DNA of 64,000 bases from Eledone cirrhosa (taxonomy: Eukaryota). The stretch spans positions 496,001 through 560,000 of the forward strand of contig OZ024756.1 of NCBI GenBank assembly GCA_964016885.1, read 5' to 3'. Position numbers and translations under genes: made by a program. Positions 42,407 to 53,568 of the stretch are shown here, piece by piece. A model generated the notes under the pieces. That model worked only from the letters and a program-made list of their open reading frames with translations. It was not told the origin of the DNA and did not search any database. The stretch's first letter is position 1. Every line of letters starts with the position of its first letter.

Positions 42407-43018
42407 ACTGGCCACTGGAGCCTTATTTTTATTTTTTTTTGCTGTTCTTGTTATTTATTGATTTATTGTATTACAATGTACCTCTCATTACCATTTCACT
42501 GGATGTATATATATGTTTTTCGTTTCCTTTTACAACGAACATTTTAAGCTATATTCTTCTATTTGCCGGTTTATAAATTTACCACGTAAATTTGCCGTTG
42601 AAAACTGCGCATTTATTCAGAATGCTTATTTCTATGGTCGCCGACCTCTCGACCCTTCCAGGTCAACGCATTCACAACATCAACAACAACAACACAGCTT
42701 CATCAACAACCAAAACCAGCAGAACAAGTCAGAGAATTTATTTCTGCAGCACTCTTCCTGTGAGAAATTCCCTTCGGAAGTTGGAAATTTCACGTTATAC
42801 CACAGACCAGAAACCACCTGCATTCATTCTCTGGAACACATTCTTTACTGCTGTCATGTGATTGCACACATGTGAACTGTATTTTGAATATTTGAACTTT
42901 GACCTCTTCTCTTACTTTTATTACATTGTATCATAATGTTCATGCCTCTTACATGCTCGCCATCCTACTCCATGCATGCTTCATTCGATTTTTGTTTTAA
43001 AAATCTGGCGGGAGATAA

Positions 43019-43478
43019 TGTAGCAAGAGTTGCCTCCCTTGTCATGACAATCTCATCACCGCTCTCTAGACAGGAAGTAGCTGGAGTTGCTTCCCTTTGG
43101 GGTTGACAGACTCCCTGTTGGTCACTTCCGGTCAGACCCTATAAAAGGAACAGGTCAGGACAATCTTTCTCTCTCGCCTCCTGAATTCCAAAGTGGTAAC
43201 ACCTGCGACCTTAGCATGAGATGATTCCTTTCTCATAATCCTTCGCCACCAAGAAGAATGCAACCGGCAGCCTAAGAGCCTGAGAAGTTGTTAACACCTC
43301 CAAGAAAAGATCTCTCCTTTTCTCTACAAACTTCAGCCTGGAGTTGTGATCCACGGGTAACGATTTATTTATATTAATCCCTTTGACTTCTATGAAGTAA
43401 AAACATTATCACAACACACACCGGCATTTATTGTCTTTTGTAATAATTTTATATGTACACCGATACTAATCTCCTAAA
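43019..43478 (+). repeat. 3' LTR, preceded by PPT ggcgggagataa
   Basis: Direct repeat of the 5' LTR with a few differences. Confidence 0.95.
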
Positions 43479-43748
43479 TATATATATATACAAAATGATA
43501 TGAAACGAAAAGAGCTGTGTGGTTACTAAAACAAGGTTTAGGATGGTGGTTAGGACGAAACAAGAGGAGAAAGGAAGAAAGGAGTTTCCATCGTCAGCTG
43601 TAAATGTTTCCCGATCCGCTGTTTCAGCGCTGAATTACAGTGACATCGGTGCAGTTCGGGTGCGCCCAACGCCTTTTATTAATCAAAAGGCTAGGAGGAA
43701 AAGGAGAGAGAAAATAGTATGTATATATAGAGAGTATGTATATATATA

Positions 43749-44642
43749 GAGTGTGTCAGAAAAGTTCCAGGACTGATGTCACAAAAGATTTATTTCAAAC
43801 CCAAACTTCACACTAAGAGTTTTCTACTTCAAAGTAATCCCCCTGGAGTATGCAACTGTAATCTTAGCTCTCTGCAGCGATCAAACTTTTTTCTTCATAA
43901 TTTTATATACATGTCATCTGTTTCAGGTCGTCAAGCAATGAGCACAGAGCAACGAACAAACTTGAAAAATCCGTCAGAAGCATTGGGATTGCTGCAGCAA
44001 GTGTATGGAGATTAGACGATGTCACGCTTACGTGTTTTGAGTGGTGCAAGAGGTTTAAAGAAGGACGCGAGGACGTGGAAGATGACCCCAGGAGCGGAAG
44101 GCCCTCAACAACCAGGACTGAGGTCAACGTTGAGCGCGTCAGGCAGATGCTGTGTAGCGATCGTCGGCTGACTGTTCGACTGATGGCAAATGAGCTGGGC
44201 ATGAATCGGGTCAGCGTGTGGAAGATTCTCACTGAAGATTTGGACATGCAGAAAAATCTGCGCGAAGATGATGCCAAAACTACTGAACGATGACCAGAAT
44301 GGTCGACGCATGCAAATGTGCCAGGACATCCTCGAGTGTCTTGAAACCGAACCAGACTTGCTAGGGACAGTCATCACCGGTGATGAGTCACGGATCTTCG
44401 AGTACGACCCGGAAGGGACCCGTTTTGAAGACGTGGACGACATAAAAAAGGCCGCGACGACGGAACTGCGGAGGATCCCGGAAGAATCCTTCCAGGAGTG
44501 CATGCAAGCGTGGAAGAAAAGGATGGAAAAGTGCATTAGACTCCAGGGGGATTACTTTGAAGGAGAACACTCTTAGTGTGAAGTTTGGGTTTGAAATAAA
44601 TCTTTTGTGACATCAGTCCTGGAACTTTTCTGACACACCTCG
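43749..44642 (+). mobile_element. Internally deleted mariner-family DNA transposon
   Basis: ~72-bp TIRs (43749-43820, 44568-44642), TA flanks; W..RFKEGREDVEDDPRSGRP, ITGDES.IFEYDPE joined directly to GTRFEDVDDIK, QGDYFE. Confidence 0.93.
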
Positions 44643-44753
44643 TATAATATGTATAATACTTAATACTTCTTACATAATGAAAATATAGACTCACGTTATA
44701 AATACAATTATTGCTAGAAACCTTATAAATATAATTGCAGCTTCGATACTAAG

Positions 44754-45105
44754 GCCATGTTGTTAGAATGCCTCAGGAAAGAATAGCTGGACAGATTTTA
44801 CGGGCAAAACCCACAGGTAGGAGACCCAGGGGTAGACTCGGGCAAGATGGGTGAATAACATCGATGAGCTCAGCTGGTACCGCCTGGGGGTCCAACCGGA
44901 TCAGTTGGAGAGGGTTGTTTCTGACAGCAGACCCAGGGGTAGATCCCGAGCAAGATGGTTGGATAACATACATAGGCTTGGCTGGTCTTGCTTGGGGGTC
45001 CAGCCGGGTCAGTTGAAGAGGGTTGTTTCTGACAGGATCCACTGAAAGGAGTGTTTGAGGACTCTTCCCCCACGACCCTCTCAGGAACAAGCGGGAGAAG
45101 AAGAG
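44754..45105 (+). mobile_element. RTE (Rex3-like) C-terminal/3' fragment with ~107-bp tandem duplication
   Basis: HVVRMPQERIA..PTGRRPRGR; 44822-44928 resembles 44929-45036. Confidence 0.65.
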
Positions 45106-45803
45106 GTCTTTAAGAAAGCTTACCTTAGTAACTGCTGTTAAAATGTTCAACATAATCGTAATCTATAGCGTGGAATAATGTAAGCCGGTAAAATTTATTT
45201 AGAAAAACGAAACAAAATATATTTACTAGAAAGTTATGAGGAAATGGTGTCGCGGGAGGAGAGCATTGGTCTGTAAGTTGTCTTGTTTATTAAATTCTAT
45301 TGTTAATCTGAAGACCCCCCGCTCTCTCTCTACACGCACACAATATTTATATGGGTTAAACTATGTAAGAATTTCTTTTTAAATGTATGCGTGTATATAT
45401 ATATATATGTGTGTGTATTTATATATGTGTGTATATGTGTATATATGTGTGTCTGTTTAAATATATGTGTATGCGTCGTGTTTAAACAACACCACAACTG
45501 ACAACACTTGAATGAAATAGCTGTGATTGTGATATAAAATAAAAAAAAACAACTGTTTCAAGCAAAGGGAGATAATCGTTATTTTAAAATGCCAAATACG
45601 TTAACCTAATTATACCTACTTGACATAATTCAACATCTTAAACAATTTTCATGTCACCTAATGTCATTTTAACACATGTAATCGGACTACTTCTAAAAAT
45701 AACCACAAATACAAACTTGTATTACGAGAAATTCTCTCTGGAAAAAATATAAATCTTAATATTATTTCCATATAGCTGTAACGATTTCCCAGCCGAATTA
45801 CAT

Positions 45804-46153
45804 ATGCTTTGCAGCACAGTTACGTCCCTTTACGGACTGAGTTCAAATCCCGCCGAGGTTAACTTTGCCTTTCATCCTTACGGGGTCGATAAAATAAAGT
45901 ACCAGTAATGTACCGAGTAATTGCTGGCCTTGTGCTGAAAGTAGAAACAAGTATATAACGATGGTGGACTGGCAGTAGCGGTAGAGGCTCTGACGCCATG
46001 CTTTGCAACAAAGAGTTACGGCCCTTTATGGTCTGAGTTCAAATCCCGCCGAGGTTAACTTTGCCTTTCATCCTTACGGGGTCGATAAAATGAAGTACCA
46101 GTAATGCAATCGGATAATTGCTGGCCTTGTGCTAAAAATAGAAACAATTATAT
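45804..46153 (+). mobile_element. Two tandem SINE family 1 copies
   Basis: ctgagttcaaatcccgccgaggttaactttgcctttcatccttacggggtcgataaaat occurs twice. Confidence 0.88.
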
Positions 46154-46339
46154 AACACACACGCACACATATATAACGTTGAAAGAGATAGAAGGCCAAA
46201 CAATGCAAAACGGACTGTAAGATTAGGCAACGAAAAGTAAAAGAACAGAAAAACAAATATTACCAGGTAACTTTTACTTTTTGTTACCTCATCTTACAGT
46301 CCATTTTGGATTGTTTGCCCTTCTATCTGTTTCAATGTT

Positions 46340-46935
46340 ATCATCATCATCATCATCATCATTTTTCGTCTGCTTTTCCCTGCTTGCAAGGGTGGGACGG
46401 GTCTTATTCAGCACAGCATCTCTCCACTCGTCACGGTCCTTCGTCATATCCACCGTGAGCTTCAGCGATCTGAGGTTTGTTCTCACCACCTCTGCCCATG
46501 TTTTTTGTCGTCTACCTCTACCACGTCTTCCTTCAACTGCCATTTCCTGGCACTTCTTCACCCATCTGTGATCCTCCATGCACATCACATGTCCATACCA
46601 CCTCAGTCTCCTCTCCCGTACACTACATTCTATCCCTCTCAGACACAGTTTCTCTCTCAACACATTCATGCTTGGTCGTTCACGCACATTGACACTGCAC
46701 ATCCAACGGAGCATGCTTGCCTCATTTCTCTCCAGCCATTGCATATCCACTGCAGTTGCTGCCGAAGTCTCACTACCATGCAGCATCGCGCTCCTCACAC
46801 AGGCATCATATAACCGGCCTTTCGTACGCAGGGAGAAACCCTTCTTCGTCAGCAGAAGAAGCAGCTCCCTAAGCTTCTTCCAACCTGTCCTTACTTTAGA
46901 TACTATGGCCTGGAAACACCCCCGCCTCCTATGCT
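46340..46935 (-). mobile_element. 5'-truncated RTE LINE (family C)
   Basis: [28 protein letters not shown]; (GAT)n tail; related tails at 59803-59880 and 63150-63198. Confidence 0.9.
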
Positions 46936-46950
46936 AATCATGTATATGTA

Positions 46951-46989
<39 letters not shown>

Positions 46990-47272
46990 AATGTAATCTG
47001 AGTTTTTTGAATATTAATGATAACATTTGATTCGTTTGCAATTATGCAAACAAGCCTCAATTTTATAGCCATGTCAGGAGAATGAACACTTCATTCTTGC
47101 TCTTATGTTGGCATGTGAACAGAACTGCAGGCACTAATGTTTCTGGGTATCACCCTTCATCAGTACAGCTCACTGTTCGACTACCAAACTGTCAGAGCTA
47201 GTGAAAATATATGCTATTTTCAAAAACACACAGTGACTGATCGGCCTGATTTGTATATATATATATATATAT

Positions 47273-47770
47273 AAGGATCAAACTGCCAATCTCTTTCAAA
47301 AACGGTTTTCCTCTATATAGTGACTATGGTAAAAGAGGTTATATGGTGGACAAGATTGAGAGGACTTGGGACAGATGCTTTTCTCTCCGGACAACAACTC
47401 ATTCCCTTCTTTAGGTACCATTTTAGAGTGGAGAGAGAGACACTGCACCCAGTAAATTTATTGAAAGGTGGGTGAATGTTGCAAACATGGCCGTGTGATT
47501 GGGCCTTCTCTGTATATAAACCTGTAGGTTGAAGAAGAGAGCAAAAGGAAGAAAGGAGCACTTGCACAACACGCTCCTGAAGTTGAGGGTTGTTCTATCT
47601 ACGGGGTATAAAACAACCCATTTGTGGCACCTCCACCCTATTGGGAATTACGATTGTTGAATTTGTTTGTTAACAATTTTTTTTTACACAAATGTATGTA
47701 AAATCCCCGGCATGTGTCTTTGTTTTGTCCCCTTTTCTTGTGCACCCTTGTGGCTAATAAAGAAATATAT
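47273..47770 (+). mobile_element. Tx1/L1-like LINE 3' fragment (subfamily B)
   Basis: Homologous to 51420-51940; AATAAA followed by (TACC)n. Confidence 0.85.
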
Positions 47771-47876
47771 CTAACTACCTTCCTACCTACCTACCTCCCT
47801 CCCTCCCTCCCTCCCTCCCTACCTACCTACCTACTTACCTACCCACCTACCTACTTACCTACCTACCTACCTACCT

Positions 47877-50718
47877 GCATGGTCAACCTTGACAGAACTC
47901 ATAGACAGGGACCCGGTTACTGGAAGCTCAACTTGTCCTTACCGGCAAGTAAGGCTTACAGGGACCGGATTAGCACTTTAGTTAAGGAGCGGTTGACGGG
48001 CGCCATCGTCAACAGCAGGTGGTGGGGATCTCTCAAAAGGGAGATTAGAGTAGTCTCTATAGAATTTAGTAAGGAGTTAGCCTCAAATAGAAATAGGAAG
48101 GAAAGGGAGTTGGTAGATAGTGTAGAAGAGGCAATTAGAAGCGGCGACGTGGCCAGAGTGCTAGCGTCGAGAACGGCCCTGGGCCAGTTCTTCGACGCGA
48201 AACACGAAGGCTGCATCGTCCGAAGCAAAATACGTGCTCTGGGAAACGAGGGGACCAAAGCTGTTGGCTGGGCCCGCGTGACAGAAGCCAAAAGAGGGAG
48301 CAGATCCACTATCCGGTCTTTACGAGACCAGGATGGACGGGTGATCCTTGAACCTAAGCAGATGTGCGAGGCTTTTCAAAAGCACTTTGTCGGAAGGGGC
48401 GGGGAGCCGGTTGGGGATGTGGACTTCGGTCCATACCTCGACGGCCTGCCGCGTCTCTCGGACAGGGAGGCGAAGTCCTGCGAGGAGCCGATTTCAGCCG
48501 CTGAGATAGAGGACGTGCTGAGCCAATGCGGCAAACGCAAATCCCCGGGTCTCGATGGTCTTGCATACGAACTATATCTAGCTATGCCGGACTTGTTCCC
48601 CGATCTCCTCGAGGCGGTCTATTGCAACTGGCAACAGAACGGGAGAATTCCCTGTGCTGTGACCAAGGGCGTAGTCACGCTAGTGAGGAAGGACGAGAAG
48701 AAGGGGGACGATATAAATAATTTCAGGCCCATAACTCTGCTAAATACAGATTTTGGCCAAGGTGCTAGCAAAGAGGTTGGCGCTTGTCGTGGGCAACCTG
48801 GTGGGAGATGCGCAGACATGTGCTATCCCGTCCAGGTCCATCCACGACAACCTCCACCTCATGCGATACATCATAGAGAGGGTTGGGAACGAACCCGGCT
48901 TTGGTGGGGCCCTGATCAACTTGGATCAATCTAAGGCTTTCGATAGGGTCGACCATGGTTACCTGGATGCGGTGCTAGCGGCGGCAGGCTTCGGACCCGT
49001 TTTTAGGGGCTGGATCAATGCCATGCACAGCAGCCGCATCTGCTCTAGGGTTAAGGTGAACGGCTACCTCTCGGAGCCGTTCGAAATCGCGCGGTCCATC
49101 CGACAGGGTTGCCCTCTCTCCTCCCTAGAGCCACTGCTGCGGAAGTTGGAGTTGTTGCAGGGCATCCCGTTGGAACCGGGATTGCGGAAAGCGGTGTCGG
49201 CCTACGCCGACGACGTAACAGTAATGGTGTCTACGGCCTCGGAAATCGGGGCGATCGGCACCTTACTGGAGGAGTACGAAAGGTTTACAGGGGCTAAGCT
49301 GAACCGGGACAAGTCGATCGGTCTGCAACTCGGCACGTGGAGGGGCAGATCGATGCCCTCCGATGGCGTCGTCGGGCGCTGGACGGAGGGCCCGGTGAAG
49401 TTGCTCGGGGTCTGTTCGGACCAGACCTCCAGGTGGAGAAGAACTGGGGTGAGGTAACGAACAGGGTGTTTGCACTGACCCAGAAGTGGGCCGAGTACAA
49501 ACTGTCCCTGAAAGGTCGGGCGGAGGTGGCGAACACTTATATAGCGTCCGTCATCTACTACCGCCTGCCCAAGGGAAACGCTCGCCAAAATGGAGCGCGC
49601 ACTCTTCCAATTCATTTGGAAGAAGCGGGCTCCTATGGTGAGGAGATCCATCTGCTGTCAACACCCTTCGAAAGGAGGGTTGGGGATGCCGTGGCTAATG
49701 ATACGTAAACACGCATTAAGGCTACGGCACCTCCAGGTATTCATCTCCGGTCAACCGGTGTGGGCCCCGTTTGTGAGGCGAGCCTTTCCCAGACTCGTCT
49801 CACTCACCGAGCTGCAATCCTGGGTCAAGCAAAGGCCGAGAAAACTGGGCGCCTGGCACACCGAGTGTGCCCAGGCGCTCACGGCTCTCTGGCAGGCGGA
49901 CCCGACTGTCAGTGGAGAATCCACCTCGTCATTCTATAGAGGGCTGGTGGTTAGCAGGTGCGACGACGCCCTCGGAGAAGCCCTAGGCATGGAGGAAGAC
50001 GAACTGGCCAACCTGTTCGGTAGGACATTCAGCCCGGGACCCATGGATAGCTTCCAGTGGTCCCTGGCCTGGCAGTGCGACAGAAGGGCTCTGCCCGTTC
50101 GAGAAAGGCTCTACAGACACGGGCGCCCGGGTAGAGACCCCTCGAAAAAGATCTGTCCCAGATGCGTGTGCGACGAGGAAACCGTTGCACACGCATTAGT
50201 ACACTGCTCGGGCATTGCTGATCTGTGGAGCTATGTCTAACAACTGCTGTCAAGGGTGGGACCGATCCGGTTGACCACCGAGTCTATTGTAACGATCAAG
50301 CCGCCTCCCCTCTCCAAAAACGAAGGAGAGGCGGTGTTTCTGTGCGTAATAGCCATGGCGAAAGAGGTTGTATGGTGGACGCGTCTGAAAGGACTGAGGT
50401 CAGACACCTTTCTCTCTGGCCAACAACTGGTCCGTTTCTTCCGATATCATTTCGGAAGAAGGATCAGGATGGAGAGAGAGGTGCTGCACCTCAGCCGTTT
50501 TTATGAAAGATGGGGTGAAAGTGGCGAGAATGGCCCGTGTGAATGGGCCTTCACGCCTCCTCTCTATTGAGGATTTTGTTATATATTTTATTCTGTTATA
50601 TTTTATTTTATTTTTATATTTTGTTATTGCCTCCTCCATATTGAGGACGCCTTGTTTTGTAAACTCCCCCCATTGTACTTGTCCCACTTTTGATGCCCTG
50701 GTGGCAAATAAAAGAAAC
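47877..50718 (+). mobile_element. 5'-truncated, frameshifted Tx1/L1-like LINE ORF2 (subfamily A)
   Basis: GPGYWKLN, KSPGLDGL, NFRPITLLNTD, LDQSKAFDRVDH, RQGCPLS, AYADD, GGLGMP, CPRC..EETVAHALVHC; AATAAA at 50707; (TACC)n on both sides. Confidence 0.92.
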
Positions 50719-50769
50719 ATACCTACCTACTACCTAGCTACCTACCTACTTACCTACCTACCTATCTAT

Positions 50770-51940
50770 GCTCTTCCAGTTCCTTTGGAAGAAGCAAGCT
50801 CCACTGGTGAGGAGTTCCGTCTGCTGTCAGCACCCTTTCAACGGAGGCTACGGCATCTACAGATATTCTTCACCAGCTCTCAACCGGTGTGGGGACCGTT
50901 TGTGAGACAGGCCCTCCCGCAACTTGTCTCGCTGACGGAGCTGCAGTCCTGGGTCAAGCGGAGACCGAAGAAGATGGGCGCCTGGCACATTGAATGCGCT
51001 CAGGTGCTCACAGTCCTCTTTCAAGTGGGCACGGCAATCAGTGGAGACTCCACTTCGACAATCTATAGAGGGTTTGTACGTCACAAGGGCGACGACGTGC
51101 TCAGAGAGACTCTAGGTGTCGAAGACGACGAACTCACCAGTCTGTTTGGTAAGACTTTCCGCCCGGGACCTATGGACAACTTCCAGAGGTCCCTGGCCTG
51201 GCAGTGCTACTGAGGAGCTCTACCGGTTCGTGACAAGATCTACAGGCACGGACGCCCCGGCAGTGATCCTTCCAAGAGGACGTGTCCAAGATGCGGGCGG
51301 GACATTGAAACTGTCTTGCATGCAATTGTACACTGCCCGGGCATAACCGACCTGTGGAACTACGCAGAGCAACTGCTGTCACGTATGGGACAAATCCAGT
51401 TGACTGCGAAGTCCATAGTAAGGATCAAACCCCCAACTTCTTTCAAAAACGAAAGAGAGGCGGTTTTCCTCTATATAATGACTATGGTGAAAGAGGTTAT
51501 ATGGTGGACGAGATTGAGAGGACTGAGGACAGATGCCTTTCTCTCCGGACAACTCATTCCCTTCTTTAGGTACCACTTTAGAAGGAGAATCAGAGTGGAG
51601 AGAGAGGTTCTGCACCTCAGTAAATTTACTGAAAGGTGGGTGAATGTGGCAAAAATGGCCCGAGTGATTGCGCCTATATATAAACCTGTAGGTTGAAGAA
51701 GAGAGCAAAAGGAAGAAAGGAGCACTTGCACAACACGCTCCTGAAGTTGAGGGTTGTTCAAACTACGGGGGTATTAAACAACCCATTTGTGGCACCTCCC
51801 CCCCCCCCCCCTATTGGGGATTTCGATTGTTATATTTGTTTGTTTCATATTTTTACACGATTGTATGTAAAATCCTCGGCATGTGTCTTTGTTTTGTCCT
51901 CTTTTCTTGTGCGTTCTTGTGGCTAATAAAGAAATATATC
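50770..51940 (+). mobile_element. 5'-truncated Tx1/L1-like LINE (subfamily B)
   Basis: Diverged paralog of ~49600-50560; (TACC)n on both sides. Confidence 0.88.
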
Positions 51941-52364
51941 TAACTACCTACCTACCTACCTACCTACCTAACTGGTTTATAAAAACACTGAAAGAGTTTC
52001 TACCTTGTAAACCATCTTCTAGAAGGTAGGAAGATGTTCTCAAAAGTCTCCGCTAACATGGACAATTCTCTTTCAAGACAACACAACAAACATGTTTCTT
52101 TTCCAGTTTACATCTTGGCACTAATTACAAATTCTTTACCAAGATTCGGGCTTTCATTCTTAAGATTCTTTTGCTTAAAAAACAAAACAAAAAACACCTC
52201 CTCCTCCTCTACCTTCCACCCCTCCTACTTCCCTCCCTTCCACTGCTCACCCCTCCCACCTCAACCCACCCAGTGACCTTTCTGAAACAGTTGACAACTT
52301 AACAACACTCTACTTGGCGTCAGCGGTGGTGATGGGGCTGGCGACACCTTCAATGGCTGCCTAC

Positions 52365-52856
52365 AATATACACACACACACACATCCATACATACACATA
52401 TACATACAGAAAGACAGACACACACACATATACATACATACATACAAACAGAAAGACAGACAGATACACACACATACATACGTACACATACACATATACA
52501 AACAGAAAGACAGACACACATACATATACACATACATACATACATACATACAAACAGAAAGACAGACATATACACACACACATACATACGTACACATATA
52601 CATACAAACAGAAAGACAGACACACATACAAATTCACATACATACATTCATATATACATCACTGTTAATGTACATATACATACACACATTCATATATATA
52701 CATCACTGTTAATGCACATATACATACACACATTCCTATATATACATCACTGTTCATGTACATATACATACACACATTCATATATATACATCACTGTTAA
52801 TGTACATATACATACACACATATATATATTTGATTTATTCATTGAACCTTGTTTAA

Positions 52857-52900
<44 letters not shown>
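52365..52900. repeat. (CA/TA)n low-complexity tract with short internal repeats
   Basis: Direct reading. Confidence 0.85.
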
Positions 52901-52903
<3 letters not shown>

Positions 52904-53037
52904 TTAATATAGATGAGATTCTACAGGACTAGAACTGTTTCATTCATTAGAAATCATCAGGAATCTCCAGGGATTCCTGATGATTTCTAATGAATGAAAC
53001 AGTTCTAGTCCTGTAGAATCTCATCTATATTAAAACT
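52900..53037. repeat. Perfect 66-bp-arm hairpin with 6-nt loop
   Basis: 52900-52965 is the reverse complement of 52972-53037. Confidence 0.95.
52972..53020 (+). ncRNA. Type I hammerhead ribozyme motif (mirror copy 52917-52965, minus)
   Basis: gattc-CTGATGA-tttc taat gaat-GAA-acag ttctagtc ctgt-A-gaatc; GUA triplet, predicted cut after 53015. Confidence 0.75.
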
Positions 53038-53330
53038 GTTATACTCTGCTATGTATTGAGTACCTTACTTACTGTGGTTACCTCCGATTCAACCCGGAAT
53101 AACGTATATATATATATTTCGTTTCTGAATTTGTTTAGCAAGATTCTTTATCTGAAATCGTGTGTTGAAACCGATATTGTTATACTTAGGGAGGGTCATG
53201 TTGCCAATAAGAAACACACGCACCAGTTGCTTACACTTCAATTTATTATAATAAATTCATAATAAATTTATAAATTTATAACTTTCTGGTTGGTTGGTTG
53301 GTTCCACAACCAGATAGTTGTTTATATATT

Positions 53331-53373
53331 GTCATAGTTCTTTCGTCACACACTCTGTGACCTCTTCAGTTAC
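53331..53373 (-). ncRNA. Minimal hammerhead motif in the Penelope pLTR
   Basis: gtaa-CTGAAGA-g gtcaca gagtg tgtgac-GAA-ag aa ct-A-tgac, sense to the ORF. Confidence 0.7.
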
Positions 53374-53568
53374 TGGGGATTCCTTTCTTTGTTTCTGTGC
53401 CTCTCCTTTGTTCTGTCCTACGCCATTTTGTTTCTGTGTGTGTGTTGTGTGCTCAGTCTGCGCATGCGCCACATCCGGGTGTCTGTGTGTGTTTATGTTC
53501 ATTTATTTATTTACATGTTACTGGTTGGTTGTTTGTTCTATGTGTGTGTGTGTGTTTTCATTTTGTCC

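Larger units (their letters stand above)
37635..43478 (+). mobile_element. Full-length but mutated Gypsy/Ty3 LTR retrotransposon in (TA)n
   Basis: Two near-identical ~460-bp LTRs, PBS, PPT, gag, and pol in PR-RT-RH-IN order. Confidence 0.97.

Noticed and set aside
42513-42875. env-like third ORF in the Gypsy element
   Set aside because: Short, low complexity, with no evident signal peptide or transmembrane segment
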